Assembly: GCA_034520565.1 (NCBI GenBank)
Contig: JAXHNL010000002.1
Location: 544,001 to 608,000 of the forward strand
Direction: 5' to 3'
Length of the DNA stretch: 64,000 nucleotides
Source: Halodesulfurarchaeum sp.
Lineage (GTDB): Archaea; Halobacteriota; Halobacteria; Halobacteriales; Halobacteriaceae
Part shown: positions 43,514-52,946 of the stretch, one piece after another
Numbering within the stretch: the stretch's first letter is position 1
Layout of the letters: each line of letters opens with the position of its first letter
Translations under genes and position numbers: made by a program
Notes under the pieces: model-generated
Told to the model about the DNA's origin: nothing
Database searches by the model: none
Seen by the model: the letters and a program-made list of their open reading frames with translations, nothing else

Positions 43514-43585
43514 GCGGGCAGATACCGGCGGGAATCGGTCACCAGGGAACGTTTATGGAGCCGCCACACGCGTGTACAAAGAAGC

Positions 43586-44581
43586 ATGCAGCAGTACCTC
43601 GACCTCGTCGAACGGGTGCTCCAGACGGGGACCTACGAGGAGAACCGGACGGGCGTCGACACGCTCGCGAGCTTCTCGGAACACTACACGGTGGACCTGA
43701 CGAAGGGGTTTCCGCTGCTCACGACCAAGGACCTCTCGGGCCCGCGGTGGAACTCCCTGATCCACGAACTGGTCTGGTATCTCTCCGGGGAGGAACACAT
43801 CCGCACCCTCCGCGAGGAGACCGGCATCTGGGACGCCTGGGCCGACGAGGCGGGCCACCTCGACACCGCCTATGGCCGCTTCTGGCGCCGGTATCCGGTG
43901 CCTGAAGGGGACGCCCGCCTCCCGGGGGAATCCTGGCCCGATCCCGACAGTCCCTACCTGAACGAGGAGGGGACCTTCGATCAGATCGCCTCCGTCCTGG
44001 ACGGACTTGAGAACAACCCCGAGAGCCGCCGGTTGGTCGTCAACGCCTGGCATCCCGCCAACGCCGCGGATTCGACGCTGCCGCCCTGTCACTACACCTT
44101 CGTCTTCTCCGTCCAGGACGGCCGCCTGCACACTCACCTCCAGCAGCGCTCCGGGGACATCGCGCTGGGAATCCCCTTCAACATCGCCTCGTATGCCCTC
44201 CTGACCCACGCTGTCGCCCAGGAGGTCGGCCTGCCGGTCGGCGAGTTCGGCCACAGCGTCGTCGACGCGCACATCTATCTCGGCAAAGGAGAGCGGGGCT
44301 CGTGGTACGAGGACGCACTGCCCGACCTCCGGGAGCGGATCGAACGGGTCGAAGAGCCAGCCGACTACGAGGCCGTGCGTGGGTGGATCGAGGACGCGGC
44401 CCCGGCGGATCCCGAGGGCTACGATCACGTGCCGAACCTGCTCACCCAGCTCACCCGTTCGCCCCGCGATCGCCCGACCATCGAGGTCGCCGACAAGTCG
44501 CTCGACGACCTCGAGCCCGACGACGTCACGCTCCGGGACTACGACCCGGCCCCGGCACTCGACTTCGCGGTTGCAGAATGA
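43586..44581 (+). CDS. thyA: Thymidylate synthase
   Basis: NRTGVDT, SRRLVVNAW, LPPCH and QRSGD..GIPFN. Confidence 0.95.
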   Translation: MQQYLDLVERVLQTGTYEENRTGVDTLASFSEHYTVDLTKGFPLLTTKDLSGPRWNSLIHELVWYLSGEEHIRTLREETGIWDAWADEAGHLDTAYGRFWRRYPVPEGDARLPGESWPDPDSPYLNEEGTFDQIASVLDGLENNPESRRLVVNAWHPANAADSTLPPCHYTFVFSVQDGRLHTHLQQRSGDIALGIPFNIASYALLTHAVAQEVGLPVGEFGHSVVDAHIYLGKGERGSWYEDALPDLRERIERVEEPADYEAVRGWIEDAAPADPEGYDHVPNLLTQLTRSPRDRPTIEVADKSLDDLEPDDVTLRDYDPAPALDFAVAE

Positions 44582-45066
44582 AGGTCGCCATCGTCGTCGC
44601 GATCGCGGAAAACGGCGTGATCGGGGACGCCGGCGGCATGCCATGGCACTATCCCGCCGATCTCGCCCGCTTCAAGGAACTCACCATGGGTCACCCGGTG
44701 ATCCTTGGCCGCCGGACCTACGAGTCGATCGTCGATCGGCTCGGGGAACCCCTTCCCGGCCGGCTGAACGTCGTGCTCTCCACCGGGGATCTCGACCTTC
44801 CCGAGGGAGCCGTCCAGGCCGAGAGCATCGACGAGGCCCTCGAACTCGCGAAGGAGACCGGCTCGGAAACGGCCTACGTCGTGGGCGGGGCGGTGGTCTA
44901 CGAGCAGTTCCTGCCCCAGGCCGATCGCCTTCACGTGACCGAGATTCCCGAATCGCCGAACGGAGACACCGAATTCCCCGACTGGGACCGTTCGGAGTGG
45001 GAACTCGAGGAGCAGTCAGAACGCGGGGAGTTGACCTTCCGCACGTACGAGCGGCGGGGTTCTTGA
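44578..45066 (+). CDS. folA: Dihydrofolate reductase
   Basis: ENGVIG..MPW..ADL..FK, GRRTYES, PLPGR and VGGA; ATGA overlap with thyA. Confidence 0.95.
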   Translation: MKVAIVVAIAENGVIGDAGGMPWHYPADLARFKELTMGHPVILGRRTYESIVDRLGEPLPGRLNVVLSTGDLDLPEGAVQAESIDEALELAKETGSETAYVVGGAVVYEQFLPQADRLHVTEIPESPNGDTEFPDWDRSEWELEEQSERGELTFRTYERRGS

Positions 45067-45131
45067 AATCGGGCGCCCTGTCCGGCTATTCTGGAACCGG
45101 ACGCCCTGTCCGACTATTCTGAAACCGGGCG
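45063..45131. repeat. About 2.5 imperfect tandem copies of a 28-bp unit
   Basis: TTGAAATCGGGCGCCCTGTCCGGCTATT / CTGGAACCGGACGCCCTGTCCGACTATT / CTGAAACCGGGCG. Confidence 0.8.
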
Positions 45132-45185
45132 GCCGTGGCCGTCGCTTTCCGGCTACTACCGAAAAACCGCAGGTGGTCGGCCGAC

Positions 45186-45386
45186 TTACTCGGAGACGGT
45201 GATCGCGTCGACTGGGCAGGCCTCGGCTCCTTCCTTGGCCATGTCGACGTCCGCGCCGTCGACTTCTTCCATGCCCTCGACGACGTGTGCGAACCCGTCG
45301 TCCTGCATCTCGAAGATGTCCGGATGCATCGATGCACAAACTTGGTCGCCAATACAGAGGTCCTGATCGACTTCAACTGTCGCCAT
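45186..45386 (-). CDS. Monocluster [4Fe-4S]/[3Fe-4S] ferredoxin, 66 aa
   Basis: CIGDQVC...EACPVDAI; CTTATATAAG promoter-like element at 45421-30. Confidence 0.9.
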   Translation of the reverse strand: MATVEVDQDLCIGDQVCASMHPDIFEMQDDGFAHVVEGMEEVDGADVDMAKEGAEACPVDAITVSE

Positions 45387-45697
45387 GATGGTAGTACCCA
45401 TCTTTCGGATTGTGACTCCCCTTATATAAGACGCCCTATCTCGTCGGCGCCATGTTTGTGAAAGGCATGCAACCGTTCGGGCGGCAATTGCCCCGCTACC
45501 GGCCCGCAAATCGCCGATCCGGGGTTCGCTGACGTGGAGGTGCTACCGGGTCCGGTTCGTCACCGACTCGCTCACGAACGACCCGGGTCAGCGACTCACT
45601 TTCCGTTCGACCTCGGGGCGCTGGCAAACACGAACGCACAAAACCGCCACATGTGAAGCCGATAGCAAAGCACAGCGAAATCGACCGAACGACGGCG

Positions 45698-45774
45698 ACC
45701 CCTTCGTTTCACCTCCAACCGATCGCCGATATCGGGAACGTGTCCGCCGCTGTCTCCAGTTGAAACGAAGGGGT
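45698..45774. promoter_or_regulatory. Inverted pair of ORB-like elements away from oriC
   Basis: Minus 45698-45719 matches the oriC ORB at 18/22; plus 45753-45774 matches at 19/22. Confidence 0.7.
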
Positions 45775-45893
45775 ATTCGCCCGACGGTGGGTGGACCGAC
45801 CGCTGAAAAGTAGGTGCCGATAGTAGAGCCGGTCGATATTTCCCCGCAAGTCCCAGTGACAACGGTTTTGGCTCCCGTCTCTCCTAGGGGGCC

Positions 45894-47468
45894 ATGGACC
45901 CGAACGGCCGGCTCCAGGAGGCCAGACTCACGGAGCCGGCACTCGCCGTGCTCGTCTCCGGGGTCGCGAGCATGGGCCTGGAGATCCTCGCGGGTCGGAT
46001 GATCGCCCCGGAGTTCGGCAGTTCGATCTACACGTGGGGGAGCATCATCGGGGTCTTCCTCGCCGCGCTGAGTCTCGGGTACGTCAGAGGTGGGAGACGG
46101 GCCGCCCGGCACGCCGAGGTCTCCGCGCTCCAGACGCTCCTCCTCTGGACGACCGTCTACGTCGCCTTTCTCCTCTTTGCCGGGGAGTTCCTGATCCGAC
46201 AGAGCGGAACTTTGCCAATCCCGGCGCGGTACAGTTCGCTGGTGCCGGTCACGATCCTGTTCGGGCCGCCGACATATCTCCTCGGGTTCATCAGCCCCTA
46301 CGCCGCCGAACTCTCGACCGCCGAGAGCACGGGAGAGGCCTCCGGACGGGTGTACGCGCTGGGGACGATCGGGAGCATCGCGGGGGCCTTCGGAACCACC
46401 TACCTCCTGATCCCGTACTTCTCGATCGACCAGATCGGCCTGTTCTTCGGTGCGATCCTCCTCGTGACGGCTGCCCGACTGGCCTGGCCGGCCCCCTCAC
46501 GCCGGAACGCCCTCCGGATCGCGGTCGTCGGGATCCTCCTCGTCGGGGCGGTTCTGGCACCACCGTTCGGCGTCGCCTTCTCCGGAAACACGGTCTACGA
46601 GACCCAGACGGCCTACCAGGACCTCCGGGTCGCAGACCAGGACAGCGTCCGGACCCTCTACCTCGACGGGGTCTCCCACAGCGCGATGGACCTCGACGAG
46701 CCGAACCGGCACGTCTTCACGTACACGCGATACTTCCACCTCCCCCTCCTCTACACCGAGGACGTCGAGAACGTGCTGTTCGTGGGCGGGGGCGGGTTCA
46801 CCGGTCCGAAGATCTTCGCCGACCGATACGACGTGACCGTGGACGTCGTGGAGATCGATCCGGCGGTGGTCAGCGCCGCGCGCGAGTACTTCGGCCTCGA
46901 AACCGGGCCGAACCTCTCGGTCCACACGATGGACGGCCGGGCGTACCTCCGCGAGACCGACACCGCATACGACGTGATAATCCTCGACGCCTACCGCCGT
47001 GACACGGTCCCGTTCCACCTCACGACGACCGAGTTCTTCGACCTCGCCCGCGACCGCCTCGACGCCGACGGCGTGTTGCTCGCGAACGTCATTTCGGCCC
47101 CGAGCGGCCCCGGATCGGCCTTCTTCCGGGCCGAGTACCGGACGATGGAGGCCAGTTTTGCCTCGGTCTCGGCGTTCCGGACCGCCGAGTCGGGTGTCGT
47201 CCAGAACGTCGAACTCGTCGCGACCAAACAGTCCCGCACGCTCAGCCAGCAGGAACTCCGCGAGCGGGCGGCCACCCGGGAGATCGGGTACGAACTCGGG
47301 GACGCCATCGATCGCCGGATCGAGTCCGTGCGGATCGACGATGTCCCCGTTCTCCGGGATAACGACGCTCCCGTCGATTCGCTACTCGATCCGATGGTCG
47401 GACAACGTTACGTGGTCGAATCCGGGTCCCAGGGAGCCCCGACCAACAGTTCGACCGCTGACGCCTGA
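45894..47468 (+). CDS. Membrane-domain-fused spermidine synthase-like / SAM methyltransferase
   Basis: About 7 TM segments, then LFVGGGGFTG, VEIDP, DGR and IILDAY. Confidence 0.8.
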   Translation: MDPNGRLQEARLTEPALAVLVSGVASMGLEILAGRMIAPEFGSSIYTWGSIIGVFLAALSLGYVRGGRRAARHAEVSALQTLLLWTTVYVAFLLFAGEFLIRQSGTLPIPARYSSLVPVTILFGPPTYLLGFISPYAAELSTAESTGEASGRVYALGTIGSIAGAFGTTYLLIPYFSIDQIGLFFGAILLVTAARLAWPAPSRRNALRIAVVGILLVGAVLAPPFGVAFSGNTVYETQTAYQDLRVADQDSVRTLYLDGVSHSAMDLDEPNRHVFTYTRYFHLPLLYTEDVENVLFVGGGGFTGPKIFADRYDVTVDVVEIDPAVVSAAREYFGLETGPNLSVHTMDGRAYLRETDTAYDVIILDAYRRDTVPFHLTTTEFFDLARDRLDADGVLLANVISAPSGPGSAFFRAEYRTMEASFASVSAFRTAESGVVQNVELVATKQSRTLSQQELRERAATREIGYELGDAIDRRIESVRIDDVPVLRDNDAPVDSLLDPMVGQRYVVESGSQGAPTNSSTADA

Positions 47469-47568
47469 TCTGGCGGTCTGAATCGGTGGTGGCCACCGCC
47501 GGTTCGAGCGGCCGGCACCGCCGATCCGTCGGGGAGGATTTTTATTCACACCCACCTACCCACCTGCT

Positions 47569-48843
47569 ATGGACTCGCGCATATCCGGGTTTTACAAACT
47601 CCCGGTCGCAGAGCGACGGGAGACGATTGCGGAACTCGCCGACCTCTCCGAGGACGCCGTCGAGGCGATCGGTGGCACCGGCCTGACGGAGGAGCTGGCA
47701 GACACCGTCAGCGAGAACGTCATCGGCACCCTCGAGTACCCGATCTCGGTGGCGACGAACTTCACGATCGACGGCGAGGATCGCCTGATCCCGATGGCCA
47801 TCGAGGAGACCAGCGTCGTGGCCGCCGCCTCCTTCGCGGCCAAGATGGCCCGTGCCGGCGGCGGCTTCGAGACCGAGGTCGACGCCCCGCGCATGATCGC
47901 CCAGATCCAGGCCGTCGACGTTACCGACCCGCAGGCCGCACGCATGCGGATTCTGCAGGAGAAAGACCGCCTGATGGAGCTGGCCGACGAACAGGACCCG
48001 ACGCTGGTGAAGTTCGGCGGCGGCGCCGAGGACGTCGAGGTCCGGGTGATCGACACGCCGACCGGCCAGATGGTCGTGACCCACCTCATCGTCAACGTGC
48101 AGGACGCCATGGGCGGGAACGCCGTCAACACGATGGCCGAGGCGCTGGCCCCGGAGATCGAGGCCCTTGCCGGTGGCGACGTGGAGATGCGCATCCTCTC
48201 GAACCTGGCCGATCGTCGCCTCGCGCGGGCGACCTGTACGGTGCCGCCCGAGGAACTCGCCGACGAGGACAGCGAGTTCACGGGGGAGGAGGTCCGAAAT
48301 CGGATCGTCGACGCCTGGGCTTTCGCCATGGGCGACCCGTATCGTGCGGCGACTCACAACAAAGGGATCATGAACGGGATCGACGCGGTCACCACCGCGA
48401 CGTTCAACGACTGGCGGGCGATGGAGGCCGGCGCACACGCGTACGCGGCCCAGGACGGCTACGACTCGCTGACGAGCTACGAGGTCGACGCCGAGGGCAA
48501 CCTCGTCTGCACCATCGAAATCCCGGTTCAGATTGGGACTGTCGGCGGAGCGACGGGCCTTCAGCCGGTCGCGCAAGCGGCAATGGAGATCCTCGACGTG
48601 GACTCCGCCCCCGAGATGGCCGGCGTCCTCGCCTCGGTCGGGCTCGCACAGAACCTCGCCGCCCTTCGCGCGCTCGTGAGCGAGGGCATCCAGCAAGGTC
48701 ACATGCGCCTGCACGCCCAGAACCTCGCGATCCAGGCCGGAGCCGAGGGCGACCAGATCGACCGGGTCGCCGAACGGATGATCGAGGAAGACGCGATCGG
48801 CCAGGCCGAGGCCGAGGCGATCCTCGCGGAACTCGAGGGGTGA
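47569..48843 (+). CDS. mvaA: HMG-CoA reductase, class II
   Basis: SRISGFYK, ENVIG, EETSVVAAAS, DAMGGN, THNKGIMNG and GIQQGHMRLH. Confidence 0.9.
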   Translation: MDSRISGFYKLPVAERRETIAELADLSEDAVEAIGGTGLTEELADTVSENVIGTLEYPISVATNFTIDGEDRLIPMAIEETSVVAAASFAAKMARAGGGFETEVDAPRMIAQIQAVDVTDPQAARMRILQEKDRLMELADEQDPTLVKFGGGAEDVEVRVIDTPTGQMVVTHLIVNVQDAMGGNAVNTMAEALAPEIEALAGGDVEMRILSNLADRRLARATCTVPPEELADEDSEFTGEEVRNRIVDAWAFAMGDPYRAATHNKGIMNGIDAVTTATFNDWRAMEAGAHAYAAQDGYDSLTSYEVDAEGNLVCTIEIPVQIGTVGGATGLQPVAQAAMEILDVDSAPEMAGVLASVGLAQNLAALRALVSEGIQQGHMRLHAQNLAIQAGAEGDQIDRVAERMIEEDAIGQAEAEAILAELEG

Positions 48844-49057
48844 CCGGAACGGCTGCCACTCGCGCGGGACAGTATTTGAGAAAAGGTACAATACTGGGTC
48901 ACATTTGATTGTTATTCTCTCCCATAGAACGGTCGCTGAGTTCCCCGGTTTCCGGCTCCCAACGCCGAAAACCCCGGTTAGCGGCACCTGACTCCGCCAG
49001 CCGTCCTGACCCCAGCCCAACACATATTAATAGCTGGGGCAGTAGTGTTGAATCAAG

Positions 49058-49699
49058 ATGGCAATACTCTCCGACGAGAACCGCGACGACGTCAGGGACG
49101 TGTTCGAACAGATGGATCGGGAGATCACGGCGTACGTCTTCGTCGACGACGACTGTGAGTACTGTGACGAAACCGTCGAACTGAACGAGGAACTTGCCGA
49201 CCTCACCGACCTGTACACCGTCGAGGTCCACGACATGGACAGCGAGGTCGCCGAGGAGTGGGACGCCACCAAGTACGACAACGCGCCGGTCACCGTTCTG
49301 ACCGATGGCGAAATTCGGGGCGTTCGGTACTACGGCATTCCCTCGGGCCAGGAGTTCGGGGCGTACGTCCGGGACATCGTGGCCGTCTCCACGGGCGAGA
49401 GCGGCCTCGACGACGACATCAAGGCTGCTCTGGCCGAGATCGACGAGCCGGTCAACATCAAGGTCTTCGTGACCCTGACCTGCCCGCACTGCCCGCAGGC
49501 CGTCGAGACCGCCCACAAGTTCGCGATCGAGAACCCGAACATCACGAGCGAGATGGTCGAGTCCCAGGAGTTCATGGAACTCGCCCAGCAGTTCGGCGTG
49601 CGCGGGGTCCCGCAGGTCAACATCAACGACGAGGCCGGCCAGTTCACGGGCGCCCAGCCACCCCAGCAGTTCCTCGAGCAGGTCAAGGCCGCGCTGTAA
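49058..49699 (+). CDS. Protein disulfide oxidoreductase (two thioredoxin folds, AhpF-NTD-like)
   Basis: CEYC and CPHC; GIPSGQEF, GVP and FTGAQP. Confidence 0.88.
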   Translation: MAILSDENRDDVRDVFEQMDREITAYVFVDDDCEYCDETVELNEELADLTDLYTVEVHDMDSEVAEEWDATKYDNAPVTVLTDGEIRGVRYYGIPSGQEFGAYVRDIVAVSTGESGLDDDIKAALAEIDEPVNIKVFVTLTCPHCPQAVETAHKFAIENPNITSEMVESQEFMELAQQFGVRGVPQVNINDEAGQFTGAQPPQQFLEQVKAAL

Positions 49700-49723
49700 A
49701 CCGGCCCGTTTTTTCGGCCGGTT
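49699..49723 (+). terminator. Hairpin with a T-run after the PDO gene
   Basis: AACCGGCC-CGTTTTTTC-GGCCGGTT. Confidence 0.45.
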
Positions 49724-49894
49724 CCCCCCCCCATCAATACCGTCCCTCCACCAGACGAACGTCAGACGGACGCGGGCGCTGTTTCAAGTGGAATTGTCGA
49801 CGTATCGCCCGCTTCGCCGGCATTTCGGCCCAAGTATGCGGTTCAAAGGGTACTAAAGGGTGTCTCTAAAAACGCACGATTGCGTCGGGTCCGA

Positions 49895-49916
49895 ACCCCT
49901 TTGTTTCAACTGGAAC
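49895..49916 (-). promoter_or_regulatory. Perfect ORB copy distant from oriC
   Basis: Reverse complement GTTCCAGTTGAAACAAAGGGGT is 22/22 identical to 21100-21121. Confidence 0.8.
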
Positions 49917-49978
49917 ACCGCGATTGACAGGTTCGCGCCGCAGAAAACACGAGCCGGCGGCACGGCTTCGACTGGAAC

Positions 49979-50515
49979 TCACCGTTCGACGTCGAGAAGC
50001 GCGACCCGCTCGCAAACGAGGTCGGCGAGATCACCAGTGGTGGCCCGCCGTTCCGCGGGCGTGATCTCGAAGTACTCCGCAATGACCGCTTCGTCGGGCT
50101 CGACCGGCCCGGGCTCGATCAGGTCGCGGACGGCGGTCGCGGCCTCGGTTTCCCGGTCGCCAGCGAGGAGGACGATCACCGACTGGTCGCCCGTCCCGAG
50201 ACCGAGTTCCATCGCCCGATCGATCTGCCGGCGACCGGCCGCGTAGAGCAACACCTCCACCGCGAGCTCGTCGGCGACGTTCTCGCCCCGGGCCATCGAG
50301 CGCTTCGCGTGCTCGAGCGCTGCCCGGAGGTGAGCCGTGCCGGCGATATACCGGGCGTCGAAGGCCTGGAGCAGCACGTCGTACTGCTGGGAAACGGCCC
50401 GGAGGGCCTCGAGGAATTCATCGAGGGATTCGTACTGTGCTGCTGGCGCGGGTTTCGTTTCGTCGGCTCTCGCATCGTCTCTCCCGATTGCCACTCGCCC
50501 GGTGACGGTCTTCAC
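49979..50515 (-). CDS. cgi121: KEOPS complex subunit Cgi121
   Basis: [20 protein letters not shown] and ERVALL. Confidence 0.9.
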   Translation of the reverse strand: MKTVTGRVAIGRDDARADETKPAPAAQYESLDEFLEALRAVSQQYDVLLQAFDARYIAGTAHLRAALEHAKRSMARGENVADELAVEVLLYAAGRRQIDRAMELGLGTGDQSVIVLLAGDRETEAATAVRDLIEPGPVEPDEAVIAEYFEITPAERRATTGDLADLVCERVALLDVER

Positions 50516-52794
50516 TCGAACTCACCCAGGTTGGCCTGGGCCCCCGAATTGGAGCGCTCACCGCCACGACTGTCGGAACTGGCCGTCGATCCGTTGCCGT
50601 TCGTGATCCGACCGGTTCCGTCCATGCTGGCGTCGACGTCATCAAGGGACGGGTTCGGATGGCCGGCGCTCGCGAGCACCTTCTCGGCGGTCTTCTTCCG
50701 CCCCTTTAACGCGGCTACCACCCGGCCCTTCTCCGCGTTGCGCAGGTCCTCGCGGGTCTCGAAGTCGGCCTCGTAGAGCCGGCGGGCCCGCTTGCGCCCG
50801 ACGTGGCGGACCCCGACCAGGTCCAGAAGGTCCGCGCGGATGCCGTGCTCGACCCGGACGCGGGCCTCGCGGATCGCCGGTGCCGAACTGATCGAGAGCT
50901 CCCCGGCGAGTCGCTCGGCGGCCTGAAGCAGCCATTCGGCCGTCTCGACCTTCCCGCGGATGTCTCCCGGGCCGACGCCGTAGCGCTCCGTGATCCGGTC
51001 CTCGTCGAGTTCCTCGGCCCAGTCCTCGAGGAGTTTCGCGGTCTTCAGCGCCGAGAGCCAGTCCTCGAACTCGCCCTCCGAAAACTCCGAAGGGGTCTTG
51101 CCCAGCAGTTCGCCCTCCCGCTCGTAGGCGATCTCGGTGTACGTGGAGGCGTCGCCCGACTTCAGGTAGAGTTCGTACATGTCCGGCGTGCGACTCACGA
51201 GGTGATAGAGCCCGAGCGGCGACGGCTCGCCCGATCCAGCTTTCAGCCCGTCGATGATGATCGCGGCGGACATCGGATCGAGATAGAGCTGGGAGACGAG
51301 ATGGCCCGCCGGCGTCGCGGAGAGGTCGGGCCCGTCCCGGACGAGGAAGTCATTCGCCTCGAGGTAGTCGAGGACGGCCTCGGTCACGGCCTCGAGCCGC
51401 GAGGGATCGTCGGTCTGGGAGGCATAGAGCGTCTCGCCGAGAAACTCGAGGAGGCCGTCGTGGGTGTGGACGAAGCCGGTCGCGACCGTCGAAAGCACGT
51501 GCGAGCGCAGCGCGGGCTCGGCGGCCAGCTTCGAGCGGACCGGCTCTGGCTCCCCGTAGATGTAGCGATCGAAGAGCTCCTCGAGTTCGTCGTGGGTGTT
51601 CGCGAGCAGGACGGCCTCGCCGTGTGGGTCACGGCCCGGCCGCCCGGCCCGGCCGAACATCTGGTGGACTTCGAGGATCGAGAGCGGCGCCATGCCCCCC
51701 GTCGAGCCGTCGTATCGCCGCCAGTCCCGAACGACGACTCGTCGGCTTGGGGTGTTGACTCCCGCCGCGAGGGTCGGCGTCGCCGCGACGGCCCGGATCA
51801 GCCGGTCCCGGAAGGCGTCTTCGATGATCGTGCGATGGCCCCTGGCGAGCCCGGCGTGGTGGAAGGCGGCCCCCTTCTCGACGGCTGCTGCGAGGTCTTC
51901 GCTCGTTTCCGTGTCGCTCACCGACCGGATCTCCGCTCCGAGTTCCTGGAGTCGCTCCCGGTCGGCCGCTTCGAGATCCTGCTCGGTCACGGTCGTCAGT
52001 CGGCGGGCGGCGGCCTCGGCGTTCCGGCGGGAGTTGACGAAGACCAGCGCCGATCCCCCCTCCTCGATGGTGTCGTTCACGAGCGCTTCGGTCTGCTCGT
52101 TCGATCCTGTCGGGAGTTCGCGGGTCGTTCCGTCGTCGAGATGGAGGGCGTCGCCGTAGTGAACGCCCGTCCGGAGTTCGATGGGTCGCCACTCGGAATC
52201 GACCAGTTCGGCGTCGAGCCAGTCGGCGATCTCGTCGGCGTTGCCGATGGTCGCCGAGAGGGCGATCACCTGGAGGGCGGCCACCCGCGAGCGGAGCTTC
52301 GCGAGGGTCACCTCGAGGGTCGGGCCGCGGCTTCGGTCGTCCACGAGGTGGACTTCGTCGGCGACGACGGTCGCCAGGTTCTCGATCCAGTCTGCGCCGT
52401 TCCGGATGAGCGAGTCGACCTTCTCGGAGGTCGCGACGACGATGTCCGCGTTGCCGAGCCAGTCGCCGTCACTCTCGTAGTTGCCGGTCGAGACAGCGAC
52501 GTCGAGACCGAACCGCTCGAGTTCCTCGAACTCGGCGGCCTTTTCGCTCGCCAGGGCACGGAGCGGGACGATGTACAGGGCCATCCCGTCGCCGTCTCCG
52601 ATGGCCGAGAGCATTCCGAGCTGGGCGATAAGGGTCTTACCGCTCGCGGTCGGCACGCTCGCGACGACGCTCTCGCCCTCGAGCACGCCGGCCTCGACGG
52701 CGGCGGCCTGTGGCGGATAGAGCTCCTCGATCCCTGCGTCGGCGAAGTGATCGGCCACCCCGTCGGGGAGTCCCGACAGGTCCCTGAGCTGCAT
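50512..52794 (-). CDS. hel308: Ski2-like DNA helicase Hel308
   Basis: [30 protein letters not shown] and HhH. Confidence 0.95.
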   Translation of the reverse strand: MQLRDLSGLPDGVADHFADAGIEELYPPQAAAVEAGVLEGESVVASVPTASGKTLIAQLGMLSAIGDGDGMALYIVPLRALASEKAAEFEELERFGLDVAVSTGNYESDGDWLGNADIVVATSEKVDSLIRNGADWIENLATVVADEVHLVDDRSRGPTLEVTLAKLRSRVAALQVIALSATIGNADEIADWLDAELVDSEWRPIELRTGVHYGDALHLDDGTTRELPTGSNEQTEALVNDTIEEGGSALVFVNSRRNAEAAARRLTTVTEQDLEAADRERLQELGAEIRSVSDTETSEDLAAAVEKGAAFHHAGLARGHRTIIEDAFRDRLIRAVAATPTLAAGVNTPSRRVVVRDWRRYDGSTGGMAPLSILEVHQMFGRAGRPGRDPHGEAVLLANTHDELEELFDRYIYGEPEPVRSKLAAEPALRSHVLSTVATGFVHTHDGLLEFLGETLYASQTDDPSRLEAVTEAVLDYLEANDFLVRDGPDLSATPAGHLVSQLYLDPMSAAIIIDGLKAGSGEPSPLGLYHLVSRTPDMYELYLKSGDASTYTEIAYEREGELLGKTPSEFSEGEFEDWLSALKTAKLLEDWAEELDEDRITERYGVGPGDIRGKVETAEWLLQAAERLAGELSISSAPAIREARVRVEHGIRADLLDLVGVRHVGRKRARRLYEADFETREDLRNAEKGRVVAALKGRKKTAEKVLASAGHPNPSLDDVDASMDGTGRITNGNGSTASSDSRGGERSNSGAQANLGEFE

Positions 52795-52946
52795 CGGCCG
52801 ACAGTTGTCCGTCACCGGATAAAAACTGCCGGGCTTTCCGGTGGGGTGGATCGTCGAACAGGCTCCCGTTCATCCGGGCCCGCCTTCGCACTCGGGACAC
52901 CGGGAAGCCGCGTCACTTTAACCGATCCAGCCCGATTCTCCGGGTA

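Noticed and set aside
44280-44430. Insertion in the ThyA C-terminal region
   Set aside because: Appears typical of haloarchaeal ThyA, and the thyA-folA pairing is known.
32647-49978. tRNA-Gln-anchored integrative island
   Set aside because: No integrase, no duplicated tRNA 3' end seen, and no obvious compositional shift.
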